Assembly: GCA_000965745.1 (NCBI GenBank)
Contig: CP009479.1
Coordinates: 1,184,001 to 1,248,000, forward strand
Length of the DNA: 64,000 bases
Direction: 5' to 3'
Origin: an uncultured archaeon
Lineage (GTDB): Archaea > Thermoplasmatota > Thermoplasmata > Thermoplasmatales > Thermoplasmataceae
Shown here one piece after another: positions 19,337-29,413 of this stretch. The notes beneath the pieces were generated by a model. That model worked only from the letters and a program-made list of their open reading frames with translations, was not told the DNA's origin and ran no database searches. Position 1 is the first letter of the stretch, and each line of letters begins with the position of its first letter. Position numbers and translations under genes: made by a program.

Positions 19337-20383
19337 ATGGGCGAAAGAGAGTCCGAATTTAAGCTGAAAAACTATTTCTTCAAGTATTATGACAGCTGGA
19401 CTCTCAGATCTCCTGAACTTCTCCAGTCAAGAGAGATAGGTTATATTCCTTTCTTCGGCACAATGACCAGGCACAGGAAGGTTAACAGCACTAAAGAGAT
19501 GGACAGTTTTGTCAAGTCTGCGGTGCCAAGGCACCTCTACTATTCGTCAGCTTATTACAGGAAACCCGATGAAAAGAGAATGCAGGACAAGGAATGGCTT
19601 GGCGCTGAGCTTATCTTTGATCTCGATGCCGATCACGTTGAAACTGGCAGGAAGATCACCTATGAGCAAACTCTTGCTCTTATTAAAGAGCATACAATAA
19701 GGCTGATTGACAAGTTTCTCATAAAAACACTCGGGTTCGATGAATCTGAGATCAAGGTTTTCTTCTCAGGGGGCAGAGGGTACCATGTACATATACTAAG
19801 TGAAAGGGTGTACTCAATGACTTCAGATTCCAGGAGGGAGATCGCCAGTTACATCAGGGGTGAAGGGGTCACGCTGGATGAATTTCTCAAGACCTACAAG
19901 TCAACACCCCTGGACCATGGGGGGTGGGCACAGGAAGTAGCCTGGACAATTCTCTCTGAAATGGGCCCATCTCCCTCAGGCAACGGTAAAATCTCCGATC
20001 AGGTCATGGACCTCAAGTCTGCAGGGGTAAGGAAGCAAAAAGCAGTTGCAAAGGCCATAGAGGAGATGAAGTCTGCAAATATGGCCGAGATAGACGAACC
20101 TGTAACAACCGATGTCCACCGGCTCATCCGATATCCCGGCAGCCTGCATGGCAAGACAGGCTTCGAGGTGAAGGAGGTGGCGCTCGACGATTTGCCAAGC
20201 TTCGAGCCTTTGATGGAATGCATACCCGAAATTTTCACAGTGGGCGAAGAGGAAATAGAAGTACCTGCACCCTTCAAGATATCACTGCTTGACGAGAAGC
20301 ACGAGCTTGCCAGGGGAAAAAACACCGTCCCCCTTCATGTGGCGTTGTACTCAGTTTTGTCGGGGAAAGCACAATTTATATGA
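19337..20383 (+). CDS. priS: DNA primase catalytic subunit
   Basis: HLYYSSAYY, ELIFDLDAD, FSGGRGYH, IDEPVTTDVHRLIRYPGSLHGKTG. Confidence 0.96.
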   Translation: MGERESEFKLKNYFFKYYDSWTLRSPELLQSREIGYIPFFGTMTRHRKVNSTKEMDSFVKSAVPRHLYYSSAYYRKPDEKRMQDKEWLGAELIFDLDADHVETGRKITYEQTLALIKEHTIRLIDKFLIKTLGFDESEIKVFFSGGRGYHVHILSERVYSMTSDSRREIASYIRGEGVTLDEFLKTYKSTPLDHGGWAQEVAWTILSEMGPSPSGNGKISDQVMDLKSAGVRKQKAVAKAIEEMKSANMAEIDEPVTTDVHRLIRYPGSLHGKTGFEVKEVALDDLPSFEPLMECIPEIFTVGEEEIEVPAPFKISLLDEKHELARGKNTVPLHVALYSVLSGKAQFI

Positions 20384-20392
20384 AATATTGAT

Positions 20393-20407
20393 TGATAGTT
20401 ACTATCA
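20393..20407. promoter_or_regulatory. Perfect 7-1-7 palindrome TGATAGT-T-ACTATCA (Fur/PerR-like box) upstream of rubrerythrin
   Basis: Exact inverted repeat next to the TATTTATT TATA element; resembles the Fur 7-1-7 consensus TGATAATnATTATCA. Confidence 0.55.
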
Positions 20408-20451
20408 GAAATATTTATTACCGGAGTCTCAATCAAGATCCTGGTGAATAA

Positions 20452-20877
20452 ATGGAGCTTAAAAACAGCAAAACTCTGGAAAACCTCAAAGCCGGATTTG
20501 CAGGCGAATCTCAGGCGAACAGGAGATACCTGTACTTCGCCCAGAAGGCTGACGAGGAGGGAAATCAGGAAATAGCGCAGGTATTCCGTTCAACTGCCGA
20601 TGGTGAGACGGCTCATGCATTCGGCCATATGAAGTACCTGGCAACTGTGGGTGACCCTGTAACAGGAGAACCAGTTGGAACCACGGAACAGAACCTCAAA
20701 TCTGCCATAGCCGGAGAGACCTACGAGTACACCCAGATGTACCCTGGATTTGCCAAGTCAGCAAGGGAAGAGGGCTTTGACGACATAGCGCACTGGTTTG
20801 AAGTTCTGTCAAAGGCAGAAAAGTCCCACGCCAAAAAGTATGAAGACACGCTTGAGAAACTGCAGCAGTCACAGTAA
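20452..20877 (+). CDS. Rubrerythrin (sulerythrin type, no rubredoxin domain)
   Basis: FAGESQANRRYLYFA, ETAHA, GETYEYTQMYPGFA, AEKSHA. Confidence 0.93.
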   Translation: MELKNSKTLENLKAGFAGESQANRRYLYFAQKADEEGNQEIAQVFRSTADGETAHAFGHMKYLATVGDPVTGEPVGTTEQNLKSAIAGETYEYTQMYPGFAKSAREEGFDDIAHWFEVLSKAEKSHAKKYEDTLEKLQQSQ

Positions 20878-20879
20878 AT

Positions 20880-21461
20880 ATGTCACAGAAAATACTAAGG
20901 GAAGATATCCTTCCCCCGGACACTTATTCGAAAAACAGGAATGAGGTCAACGCAGAGGTAATCAAGAAAATCAAGCTCAGGCGTCTAACAACAAAGACCT
21001 TCAGTTTCCTTTTTGAAGACAAGGATACGGTTCTTAACCAGATCAATGAGATGGTATTCCTTGAGAACATAAAGGATGAAGAGGAGATTGACAGGCTGAT
21101 TGAAGTGTACAGTGAACAGCTGCCTGGTGACAGTGAACTGAGTGTTTCAATGTTTATCGAGTTTGAGGACGAAAACCAGATGGTAAAGGAACTCCCAAGA
21201 CTGGCTGGCATTGAGCAGTCCGTCTACCTTACATTTGATGGGAATGAACTGAGGGGAATCCCAGAAGAAGGGCGGTCAACCGAAGTCCTGGAATCAACAC
21301 TGCAGTACCTGAAGTTCCAGTTTACATCGAGTCTTCTGGAGAAGTTTCTCACTTCAAAGAACGTGTACATTGAGACAAGGCACAAGACGTACCAGGAGAT
21401 TGCAAAGATAACGCCTGAGCTTCTTGAACAGCTCAAGGAAGAACTCAGGCAGGATCACTAA
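20880..21461 (+). CDS. DUF3501 family protein
   Basis: K.RR...F.FE..DTV..QI.EM...E, LSVSMFIE; typical rubrerythrin neighbour. Confidence 0.8.
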   Translation: MSQKILREDILPPDTYSKNRNEVNAEVIKKIKLRRLTTKTFSFLFEDKDTVLNQINEMVFLENIKDEEEIDRLIEVYSEQLPGDSELSVSMFIEFEDENQMVKELPRLAGIEQSVYLTFDGNELRGIPEEGRSTEVLESTLQYLKFQFTSSLLEKFLTSKNVYIETRHKTYQEIAKITPELLEQLKEELRQDH

Positions 21462-21608
21462 CCAATATTTTTTTTACCGAACTGATAGAATTCCACAGGA
21501 CTCCTGATGTTATCCGAGCGGCAGCATCACCATATGCTATGCTGTAACATTACCGGTGACTCTAAAGAAAACATAATAAAGTGAAGCCCCATCTAAACTT
21601 GATTACAT

Positions 21609-22754
21609 ATGGATACCATTCATTTGTCTGAGCCTGAAAAAGATGTTCTGAAGTACGTCACACAATTTGCTCAGAAAGAGGTGAAGCCTCTCGCAAGGGA
21701 AATTGACGCGAATATGACAGTTCCCCGGAAGCTGATAGACAGGATGAATGAACTTGGCCTCTTTGCAAGTTATATCCCTGAGGAATATGGAGGGGCAGGC
21801 CTGAGTTTCAGTTTTCTTGTAAGAGTCATAGAAGAACTTTCCAAGGCATGCCCGAGCACAGCTCTTGTCCTGGACGGTGCACTTACCCTTTTCGCAGAGC
21901 CCCTGATAATGTTCGGGTCAGAGGAACTTAAGAAGAGGTACCTCACAAGGATTGCAAAGGGTGCAGTCGGCGGGCTTGCTTTAACGGAAACTTCTGCAGG
22001 AAGCGATGCCGCTGCAATCAAGACGACTGCCGAAAAGAAAGGAGGCAAATACATCATCAACGGCAGCAAGATGTTCATTTCAAACGGGAGCATTGCTGAG
22101 TTTTTTGTTGTTGATACGGTAACAGACAAGGAGAAAGGTTACAAGGGGATCACGACCTTCGTCGTTGACAAGGGTACACCGGGGTTTGAAATAGGGCGCG
22201 AAATTCACAAGATGGGAATACGCGGCAGCAGCACCGTTGAGCTTTCATTAAACAACGTTGAAATACCCGAGAGCAACATGGTTGGGAAGCTCAACGAAGG
22301 GTTCAAAGTGGTCATGGAAACTCTCGACGCTGGAAGGATAGGCATAGCTGCACAGGCCCTCGGAATAGCACAGACAGCCTTCGACGAGGCACTGGAATAC
22401 ATCAAGGACAGGAAGCAGTTCGGAAGGAGCATCTCGGACTTTCAAGGCATAAAATTCATGATCGCAGATATGGCCACCCAGCTGGAGGCTGCTAGATTGA
22501 TCACATACAGGGCTGCGGACATGTGGACGAACCATGAAGACACAATAAAGGTCGCGTCCATGGCCAAGATGTTTGCGTCCGACATGGCCATGAAGGTAAC
22601 CACAGATTCTCTTCAGCTATTCGGTGGATACGGATTTACCACGGACCTAGACGCTGAAAGGCACATGCGTGACGCTAAGATAACCCAGATATACGAGGGG
22701 ACAAATCAGATCCAGAGGGACATAATAGCCAGGGAAATACTGAAAGGCAAGTGA
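21609..22754 (+). CDS. Acyl-CoA dehydrogenase
   Basis: ALTETSAGSDA, NGSKMFISNG, KMGIRGS, R.QFG, QIYEGTNQIQR. Confidence 0.95.
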   Translation: MDTIHLSEPEKDVLKYVTQFAQKEVKPLAREIDANMTVPRKLIDRMNELGLFASYIPEEYGGAGLSFSFLVRVIEELSKACPSTALVLDGALTLFAEPLIMFGSEELKKRYLTRIAKGAVGGLALTETSAGSDAAAIKTTAEKKGGKYIINGSKMFISNGSIAEFFVVDTVTDKEKGYKGITTFVVDKGTPGFEIGREIHKMGIRGSSTVELSLNNVEIPESNMVGKLNEGFKVVMETLDAGRIGIAAQALGIAQTAFDEALEYIKDRKQFGRSISDFQGIKFMIADMATQLEAARLITYRAADMWTNHEDTIKVASMAKMFASDMAMKVTTDSLQLFGGYGFTTDLDAERHMRDAKITQIYEGTNQIQRDIIAREILKGK

Positions 22755-22760
22755 TGTTCC

Positions 22761-23573
22761 ATGATCTATCTGGGCTGCTCAGGCTGGAGCTATCCTGACT
22801 GGGTAGGCCCATTTTACCCTAGAAAGGCTACCGAAAAGCTCAGTTTTTACTCCGGAATCTTCAACACCGTTGAGATAAACACCACATTCTACAGAATCCC
22901 AGACGCGGGAATGGTCACTGGATGGATGAAGCGGGTCTCAAACAGGGACTTCAAGTTCTCCGTAAAATTTCCCGGGCAGGTGACCCATAAAGATATTCTC
23001 GGCGACCTTGAACGGGCGGTGACAACATCAGTGGATTTTGAAGAGAGGTACCTCAAGCCTATGGCCATGGAAAACAGGCTCGCGGCTGTACTTCTTCAGC
23101 TCCCGCCATATTTTACAATCAAGAGCACGCACAGGCTGGCCACTTTACTCAAAAGCCTCAACACCGATGCGATAGGGTATTTTGTTGAACCACGGCATCA
23201 AACGCTCTACGGCAACAGTCAATTCCGGGAGGAGATTGCCAGCGCTGGTGCAGGTGTTGTGGAAATAGACGGGCCAGAGAAAGAGTTCCTGGACATTTCA
23301 TCCACTGGAAAGAGTTTCTACATGAGGCTTCATGGCAGGAACTATGACCTCTGGAACAGGAAAACTGACACTCCCTCGGAGAGATACGATTATGAATACT
23401 CGACAGAAGACCTCAAACCGATATCGGAAGTCATCAGGAAGAACATCGGGAAGTATGAGGACGCGTTCATTTATTTCAACAATCACCCCCGGGGAAAAGC
23501 TCCAAGGAACGCAATGGCACTTTCAACCCTCCTCGGACTGCCCCGGGACACCCCCCAGAAAAGGCTGATATAA
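22761..23573 (+). CDS. DUF72 family protein
   Basis: YLGCSGWSY.DW.G.FYP, VEINTTFY, LLQLPP, YMRLHGRN, YFNNH. Confidence 0.92.
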   Translation: MIYLGCSGWSYPDWVGPFYPRKATEKLSFYSGIFNTVEINTTFYRIPDAGMVTGWMKRVSNRDFKFSVKFPGQVTHKDILGDLERAVTTSVDFEERYLKPMAMENRLAAVLLQLPPYFTIKSTHRLATLLKSLNTDAIGYFVEPRHQTLYGNSQFREEIASAGAGVVEIDGPEKEFLDISSTGKSFYMRLHGRNYDLWNRKTDTPSERYDYEYSTEDLKPISEVIRKNIGKYEDAFIYFNNHPRGKAPRNAMALSTLLGLPRDTPQKRLI

Positions 23574-23657
23574 TCCTGCACTTGAGCGATGCACTCAACT
23601 GTGGGCCGACACACTAATTATTTATCATAAGCTCATATTTCTACCTGTTCGAGTTAT

Positions 23658-24896
23658 ATGTCAGATAACAGAGAGTCATTGAAGTTAAGGAAAATCAGGT
23701 TTGTGTACAAGGGGGCGGAGCAGGAAGGCACCCTTATCCATGAAAACTCCGGCTTATTGACAATTAAACTGAAAAGCGGATATAACATAGTTGCAGAAAA
23801 GGGGGCCGTGGAAATTAAAGAAGAATCGCTTGAAGAGGCTCCACAGGCCCGCTCTTCAAAAGACACCTTCATCGGCAGCGGCCCCGGGAAGGTCACGATA
23901 GTTGCAACAGGCGGAACTATATCGAGCCGGGTGGATTACTCAACAGGGGCGGTCACTCCCTCTAACGACATCAGCTTCCTCAAGTCCACAGTGACAGATC
24001 TCGAGAGAAGGTTCACGGTTGAGCTGGAAAGCAGGGACAACATCCTGAGTGAAAATATGACCCCGGAGAAATGGGTCAACATTGTGAGATGGGTCAAGGA
24101 AGGCCTGAAGAAGTCGCACGGGGTTATAGTATCCCATGGGACAGACACAATGTCCTACACCGCTTCCGCTGTGTCATTCATGCTCGAGAAGCAGTCCGGA
24201 CCGGTTATATTTGTAGGCTCCCAGAGGAGCCCGGACAGGCCCAGCAGCGACGCCTTCACCAATATAGAGGCCGCAATACATTTTGCATCCGCTGAAATAG
24301 GTGACGTGGGCATTTCGATGCACAGCGGGAATTCAGACAACAAGATCTCACTGCTCCGGGCAACAAGGTCAAGGAAAATGCACTCCTCGAGGAGGGATGC
24401 GTTTCATTCAATAGGTGAGGAGCCCATGGCATTCTACTCCGACGGCAGTGTGGTGATAAACCGCCTGAGCAAGAGGCCCGATGACGAAACGGTCATCAAT
24501 GACCGCCTCGACAGTTCTGTCGGCCTTATGTATTTTCATCCCTCACTCAGCCCTGAAGATCTGATGAATTACAGTGAAAACAAGAAAGCTGTAATCTTGA
24601 TGGGGACGGGGCTGGGCCATGCTGCCGACAGGCTTATTGGTCCCATAAGGGAAATGACAAGAGAGGGAAAGCAGATAGTAATGACCACTCAATGCATAAG
24701 CGGTACAACAAACCTGAACGTATATTCAACAGGAAGAAAACTCCTTGACGCAGGGGTTCTGGAAATGGGGAACGTCGTCCCTGAGATCGCATACGTAAAG
24801 GCGATGTATGTCCTGGCAAACTACGATTTCAATGACTTTGGGAAAATAATGAAGACAAATCTGAGAGGGGAATTGCTCACAAGGGAGGAGTTGTGA
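23658..24896 (+). CDS. gatD: Glu-tRNA(Gln) amidotransferase subunit D
   Basis: KLKSGYN, TGGTISSRVDY.TGAV, HGTDTM, GSQRSPDRPSSD, RKMHSSRRDAF. Confidence 0.96.
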   Translation: MSDNRESLKLRKIRFVYKGAEQEGTLIHENSGLLTIKLKSGYNIVAEKGAVEIKEESLEEAPQARSSKDTFIGSGPGKVTIVATGGTISSRVDYSTGAVTPSNDISFLKSTVTDLERRFTVELESRDNILSENMTPEKWVNIVRWVKEGLKKSHGVIVSHGTDTMSYTASAVSFMLEKQSGPVIFVGSQRSPDRPSSDAFTNIEAAIHFASAEIGDVGISMHSGNSDNKISLLRATRSRKMHSSRRDAFHSIGEEPMAFYSDGSVVINRLSKRPDDETVINDRLDSSVGLMYFHPSLSPEDLMNYSENKKAVILMGTGLGHAADRLIGPIREMTREGKQIVMTTQCISGTTNLNVYSTGRKLLDAGVLEMGNVVPEIAYVKAMYVLANYDFNDFGKIMKTNLRGELLTREEL

Positions 24897-24900
24897 TCCC

Positions 24901-26751
24901 ATGGCGTCAGGAGAAAAGGGAAAAGCACCCAAAGAAAGCAAAGTGATGATCGGACTGGAAATACATTTCCAGCTGAAGGGAAAGAAACTCTTCTGCGACT
25001 GCAGTACCGAGAGCTACGGCGTGCAGAAAACCTCTTTCGAGAGGATACTTTCTCCAACTGCAAGTGAAATGGGTTTCTACGATCCCGCAGCAGAATATGA
25101 GAAGACGAGGGACAGGAAGTTCAGATATGTCTCCACAGACAACAGCTGCCTGGTTGAAGCGGACGAGGAACCTCCTCATTCGCCGAATGAAGATGCTATT
25201 GCAACGGGTATGATGGTTGCAGGCTCGCTAAACTGCAGGCCCCTCGACTCAGTGATGTTCATGAGGAAGGTCGTGGTTGACGGCTCAAACACTTCTGGAT
25301 TTCAGAGAACAGCGGTTGTTGGCTTCGACGGAAAGATGGAAACGAGCAGGGGGCCTGTGAGAATCTCAAGTGTCTGCGTTGAGGAAGACTCGGCAAGAAA
25401 AATAGAACAGGACAGGAAGGTGGAGGAGGACGTTCTTTACTCTCTGGACAGGCTTGGCATACCTCTTCTTGAAATTGTAACGGAACCGGATATACTCGAT
25501 GCGGAACATGCAGTGGAAGTGGCCAAGTCGATAGGCTTCATAGTCGCATCCACTGGTAGATCGAGAAGGCAGGTGGATTCAATAAGGCAGGACGTGAACA
25601 TTTCACTCGGCTTCGGCAGGGTTGAAATTAAGGGGATCCAGAAACTGTCCCTGATTGGAAAATCGATCTCGCATGAGATAGAAAGGCAGAGAAATATGAG
25701 GGATGCAATGGAGATTCTCAAAAAGAGAGGAGGCATGAAAAGGCCCATAATGTTTTCCGAAGCAGGGAAATATTTTGAGAAAACCGAGTCTAAGATGCTG
25801 AAGAATGCATTCAGGAACCGGCTGTCCATATACGCATCAGTAGGGTCCAATCTGGACGGCCTGCTCAAGAATGACCAGTTCAGGGTAGGGAAGGACCTTT
25901 CCGATATTGCCAAGGCATTCGGCCTCGGAGGCATTCTCCATACCGACGAACTTCCGGCATTCGGCATAACTGGCAAGGAAGTGGAGATGGCCAGAGAGGA
26001 GCTTTCACCAGGGGATGAGGACGCAATTATTTTCGTTATAGCAGACAAAAGTAAAGCGGGCAAACTTTCAGACGCCTTCACCTCAAGAATTAAGAAATTG
26101 TCAAGCCTCGATTTCTCCGAGACGAGGGGTCCACTTGAAGACGGGTCCACAAAATTCCTGAGGCCGCTGCCAGGGAAGGACAGAATGTATCCCGAAACAG
26201 ATGTCCCTATTGTCCAGATTGGCAGTGATGCACGCCAGAGAATCAGCGAGTTCGTTCCAAGGAGCGAGGAGGAGATCGCTAAGGACCTCTCTGAAGAGTT
26301 TTCAATTTCGTTGCAGGACGCAAGGACGATAGCATCCAACTTTCTTCTCGACGATTTCCGCGATCTGACTGAAACAACAAAGGACGGAAAACTCTCCGCA
26401 AGGATCATGCTGCAGACAATTCCGGAAATGGAGAAGAAGCACAAAGCCAGTTTCGAAACAGGGGAGCTCAACAGGCTCCTCAAAATCTCGACAGAAATGG
26501 GTTGGTCCCGGAACACACTTGAGAATGCCATGGAGGTAATGCTCACCAGGAAACTTGACGCCAAACAGAGTGCAAAGGAAGTACAGGAAGCCTCACTGTC
26601 GGAAGGAGATCTCATGGTCCTGGTGAAGGAGATCGCTGATGCGTCAGGCAAGGAAATAAAGCCCGGAACTCTGATCGCGATGCTTAAGCAGAAGACGAAA
26701 AAGTCCTTCGATCCCAAGGAAGCAATCGAGATTCTTGAGAAGCTTAAGTGA
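24901..26751 (+). CDS. gatE: Glu-tRNA(Gln) amidotransferase subunit E
   Basis: GLEIH.QL, CLVEADEEPPH, DGSNTSGFQRT, LDRLGIPL.EI, RPLPG..RMYPETD. Confidence 0.96.
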   Translation: MASGEKGKAPKESKVMIGLEIHFQLKGKKLFCDCSTESYGVQKTSFERILSPTASEMGFYDPAAEYEKTRDRKFRYVSTDNSCLVEADEEPPHSPNEDAIATGMMVAGSLNCRPLDSVMFMRKVVVDGSNTSGFQRTAVVGFDGKMETSRGPVRISSVCVEEDSARKIEQDRKVEEDVLYSLDRLGIPLLEIVTEPDILDAEHAVEVAKSIGFIVASTGRSRRQVDSIRQDVNISLGFGRVEIKGIQKLSLIGKSISHEIERQRNMRDAMEILKKRGGMKRPIMFSEAGKYFEKTESKMLKNAFRNRLSIYASVGSNLDGLLKNDQFRVGKDLSDIAKAFGLGGILHTDELPAFGITGKEVEMAREELSPGDEDAIIFVIADKSKAGKLSDAFTSRIKKLSSLDFSETRGPLEDGSTKFLRPLPGKDRMYPETDVPIVQIGSDARQRISEFVPRSEEEIAKDLSEEFSISLQDARTIASNFLLDDFRDLTETTKDGKLSARIMLQTIPEMEKKHKASFETGELNRLLKISTEMGWSRNTLENAMEVMLTRKLDAKQSAKEVQEASLSEGDLMVLVKEIADASGKEIKPGTLIAMLKQKTKKSFDPKEAIEILEKLK

Positions 26752-26929
26752 TTTATTTTAATCACTATATAATATTTTCTCCTGTTGACATGATCACAGT
26801 GTCCTATCTGAGAAAAATTTAAATAGTCAGTCAAAGAAATTTAATACTGACAATTTCCAATTTTTTAGCTGTTAAGCTCCATTAAAAGCTTGTAAACAAT
26901 ACTTAAATATCGCGTGACGATTACAGAAT

Positions 26930-27367
26930 ATGTTGGATGGGTATATAGCACTGCTGATAACGCTGGTGCTGATGGTACTTTCCCTCTATGCCATTTTTGC
27001 AATATTACCCTCAATTTCCAAGAAAAGGTACGATCCATCGGGCAAAATCAGTTTCAAGTTCGCGGATGTTCTCAAAAATCTTGTCAATGAATCTAACCCC
27101 CCTGTCAAGGATACCAGATACCTGGAACCTTACGAATCCGGTGAGGTTGCCAAAGGTGACCTTGGCAAATACGTGAACGTCCAGTATTATATCGTGATTC
27201 TGCTTTTCGCTCTCTTTGATATTGATATGGCGCTGCTGCTGCCATGGGCATTCGACTTCAAGTATCTTGGCCTTATTCCTTTCATTGAGACCCTGCTTTT
27301 CCTCTCCATGCCCATGTTTGCGGTATTCTATGCCATGAAGGAAGGATATTTGAGGTGGTTGAAATGA
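26930..27367 (+). CDS. nuoA: NADH-quinone oxidoreductase-like subunit A
   Basis: PYESG, QYY.V.LLF.LFDID...L.PWA; first gene of the operon. Confidence 0.9.
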   Translation: MLDGYIALLITLVLMVLSLYAIFAILPSISKKRYDPSGKISFKFADVLKNLVNESNPPVKDTRYLEPYESGEVAKGDLGKYVNVQYYIVILLFALFDIDMALLLPWAFDFKYLGLIPFIETLLFLSMPMFAVFYAMKEGYLRWLK

Positions 27368-27828
27368 AAACCGGTGATATGGGGGTCATCACAACTACGA
27401 TTGAAAAGGCCCTTGAATGGGGAAGGAGCAACTCTCTATGGCCGCTTACTTTTGGGCTGGCCTGCTGCGCCATTGAAATGATGGCAACGCAGGCATCGAA
27501 TCTGGATATTTCCAGGTTCGGCAGTGAAATATTCAGAAATTCACCCAGGCAGTCTGATCTCATGATAGTTTCGGGGACTGTTACCAAAAAAATGGCACCA
27601 AGGGTCAGGAGGCTGTATGATGAAATGCCCTACCCGAAATATGCCATAGCAATGGGTGTATGTGTTATCCAGGGTGGGCCATACAATCAGGGTTATTCTG
27701 TCGTGCTTGGAGTCGATAAGGTGATTCCTGTTGACGTTTACGTACCGGGCTGCCCTCCGACCCCTGAGGCGTTGACATACGGAATAGTTACTCTTCAGAA
27801 GAAGATCAGGGGAGAAACCGACAGGTGA
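27364..27828 (+). CDS. nuoB: Complex I-like subunit B (N2 cluster)
   Basis: [31 protein letters not shown]. Confidence 0.96.
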   Translation: MKTGDMGVITTTIEKALEWGRSNSLWPLTFGLACCAIEMMATQASNLDISRFGSEIFRNSPRQSDLMIVSGTVTKKMAPRVRRLYDEMPYPKYAIAMGVCVIQGGPYNQGYSVVLGVDKVIPVDVYVPGCPPTPEALTYGIVTLQKKIRGETDR

Positions 27829-28292
27829 TTTCAGTGGCTGAAATACTTGAAGAGACTAAAGGAAAAGACGGGAGAAGAATACTGAAAGTCGATAAGGACA
27901 ATTTTCTTCAGTTAATGGAAGAGCTGAAAGAGCAGGGGTTTGATCATCTGTCCCTGATAACCGCTGTCGACTGGAGGGATAGGATAGAACTAGTCTATCA
28001 CCTTCACAATATGGAAAATGACAATTATGTGGTCGTAAAATCAGACACCCTCAACAACGTATTTCCGAGCGTAGTGCATCTCTGGACCAGTGCAGACTGG
28101 GAAGAAAGAGAGCAGTGGGACATGATGGGTGTGTGGTTTGACGGTCATGCCAACCTGAGGAGGCTTTTCCTCCCGGAGAGCTGGACCGGGCATCCACTTA
28201 GGAAAAATTACGATCTCAGCAAAGTACAGTACATCAATATGGACGATGAGGGAAACGATTACGCCACATTCGATCCGGGAGATGGTTGGTGA
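27825..28292 (+). CDS. nuoC: Complex I-like subunit C
   Basis: ITAVD, W.ERE.WDM.G..F.GH, GHPLRK. Confidence 0.93.
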   Translation: MISVAEILEETKGKDGRRILKVDKDNFLQLMEELKEQGFDHLSLITAVDWRDRIELVYHLHNMENDNYVVVKSDTLNNVFPSVVHLWTSADWEEREQWDMMGVWFDGHANLRRLFLPESWTGHPLRKNYDLSKVQYINMDDEGNDYATFDPGDGW

Positions 28293-29413
28293 TGACAGAG
28301 GCCGAAGAGAGGCAGAAATGGGTCGACCTGAACATGGGCCCGCAGCATCCGTCTACCCATGGCGTACTGAGGCTAAAAGTCAAGCTTGACGGCGAGATTG
28401 TAAAGGAACTTGAGCCGGTAATAGGATACCTGCACAGAAATGCTGAAAAGATCTGTGAGCTTGATTATTATTGTGATTCTATTATTTATTTTGACAGGAT
28501 GGACTATGTGGCAGCCATGAACATGGAAGTCGGGTACCTTGAAGCCGCTGAGAAGCTGCTTGGCATACCTCCACCCGAGAGAGTTCAATGGATCAGGGTA
28601 ATCATGGCAGAACTCAGCAGGGTTGCTTCACACCTTGTATGGACCGGCGCCTTCGGGCTGGACCTTGGCATGCTGACCCCATTCTTCTACGCTTTCATCG
28701 AGAGAGAGAAGATTCTGAAGATATTCACGGAAGTATCAGGCTCCAGGCAGGAAGTCAACTATATGAGCATAGGTGGAGTCTATCAGGATTTTAACGAAAA
28801 GATCGTGCAGGAGATCAACGAATTCTGCGACCAGTTCCCCAAGAAGCTCGAGGACATGTACGATCTGTTCACAAAGAATGACATATTCATTTCAAGAAAC
28901 AAGGGCATTGGAGTGCTTCCAAAGGAGGTTGCTCTCGATTATGCAGTTACCGGCCCTATGCTCAGGGCATCAGGGGTTCCGTACGATGTCAGGAAAGCTG
29001 AACCTTATCTCGTATATGACAAAGTGAATTTTGACATACCTGTTTCCCAGAAGGGAGACAATCTCGCAAGGTTCCTCGTAAGGTTTGAGGAGATGAGGCA
29101 ATCGATAAAGATTGTCAAGCAGGCAATTTCAAAACTTCCGGAAGGACCGTTCTTCAACCCTAAGGCAAAGAAATCACTCATGATAAGGCTGAGGGGTGAG
29201 GGTGACGTCTACGCAAGAACGGAATCCTCCAAGGGCGAGCTCGGAGTTTATATCGTCGGCGACGGCTCGGTCAAGCCTTACAGGTTGAGGGTCAGGAGCC
29301 CGACACTGAGAAACCTTTCAGTTCTCAGATATCTTGCAAAGGACCAGATGATAGCGGATGTGGTAGCCATATCCGGGACAATTGATCTGGTATTCGGGGA
29401 GGTCGACAGATGA
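28292..29413 (+). CDS. nuoD: Complex I-like subunit D
   Basis: NMGPQHPSTHGVLRL, GYLHR, DRMDY, GEVDR C-terminus. Confidence 0.96.
   Translation: MTEAEERQKWVDLNMGPQHPSTHGVLRLKVKLDGEIVKELEPVIGYLHRNAEKICELDYYCDSIIYFDRMDYVAAMNMEVGYLEAAEKLLGIPPPERVQWIRVIMAELSRVASHLVWTGAFGLDLGMLTPFFYAFIEREKILKIFTEVSGSRQEVNYMSIGGVYQDFNEKIVQEINEFCDQFPKKLEDMYDLFTKNDIFISRNKGIGVLPKEVALDYAVTGPMLRASGVPYDVRKAEPYLVYDKVNFDIPVSQKGDNLARFLVRFEEMRQSIKIVKQAISKLPEGPFFNPKAKKSLMIRLRGEGDVYARTESSKGELGVYIVGDGSVKPYRLRVRSPTLRNLSVLRYLAKDQMIADVVAISGTIDLVFGEVDR

Noticed and set aside
25437-26834. 465-aa antisense ORF
   Set aside because: Shadow of gatE; Ser-rich antisense composition, no motifs
26826-26851. GTCAGT-N14-ACTGAC inverted repeat upstream of nuoA
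   Set aside because: 6-bp arms can arise by chance; no supporting second copy
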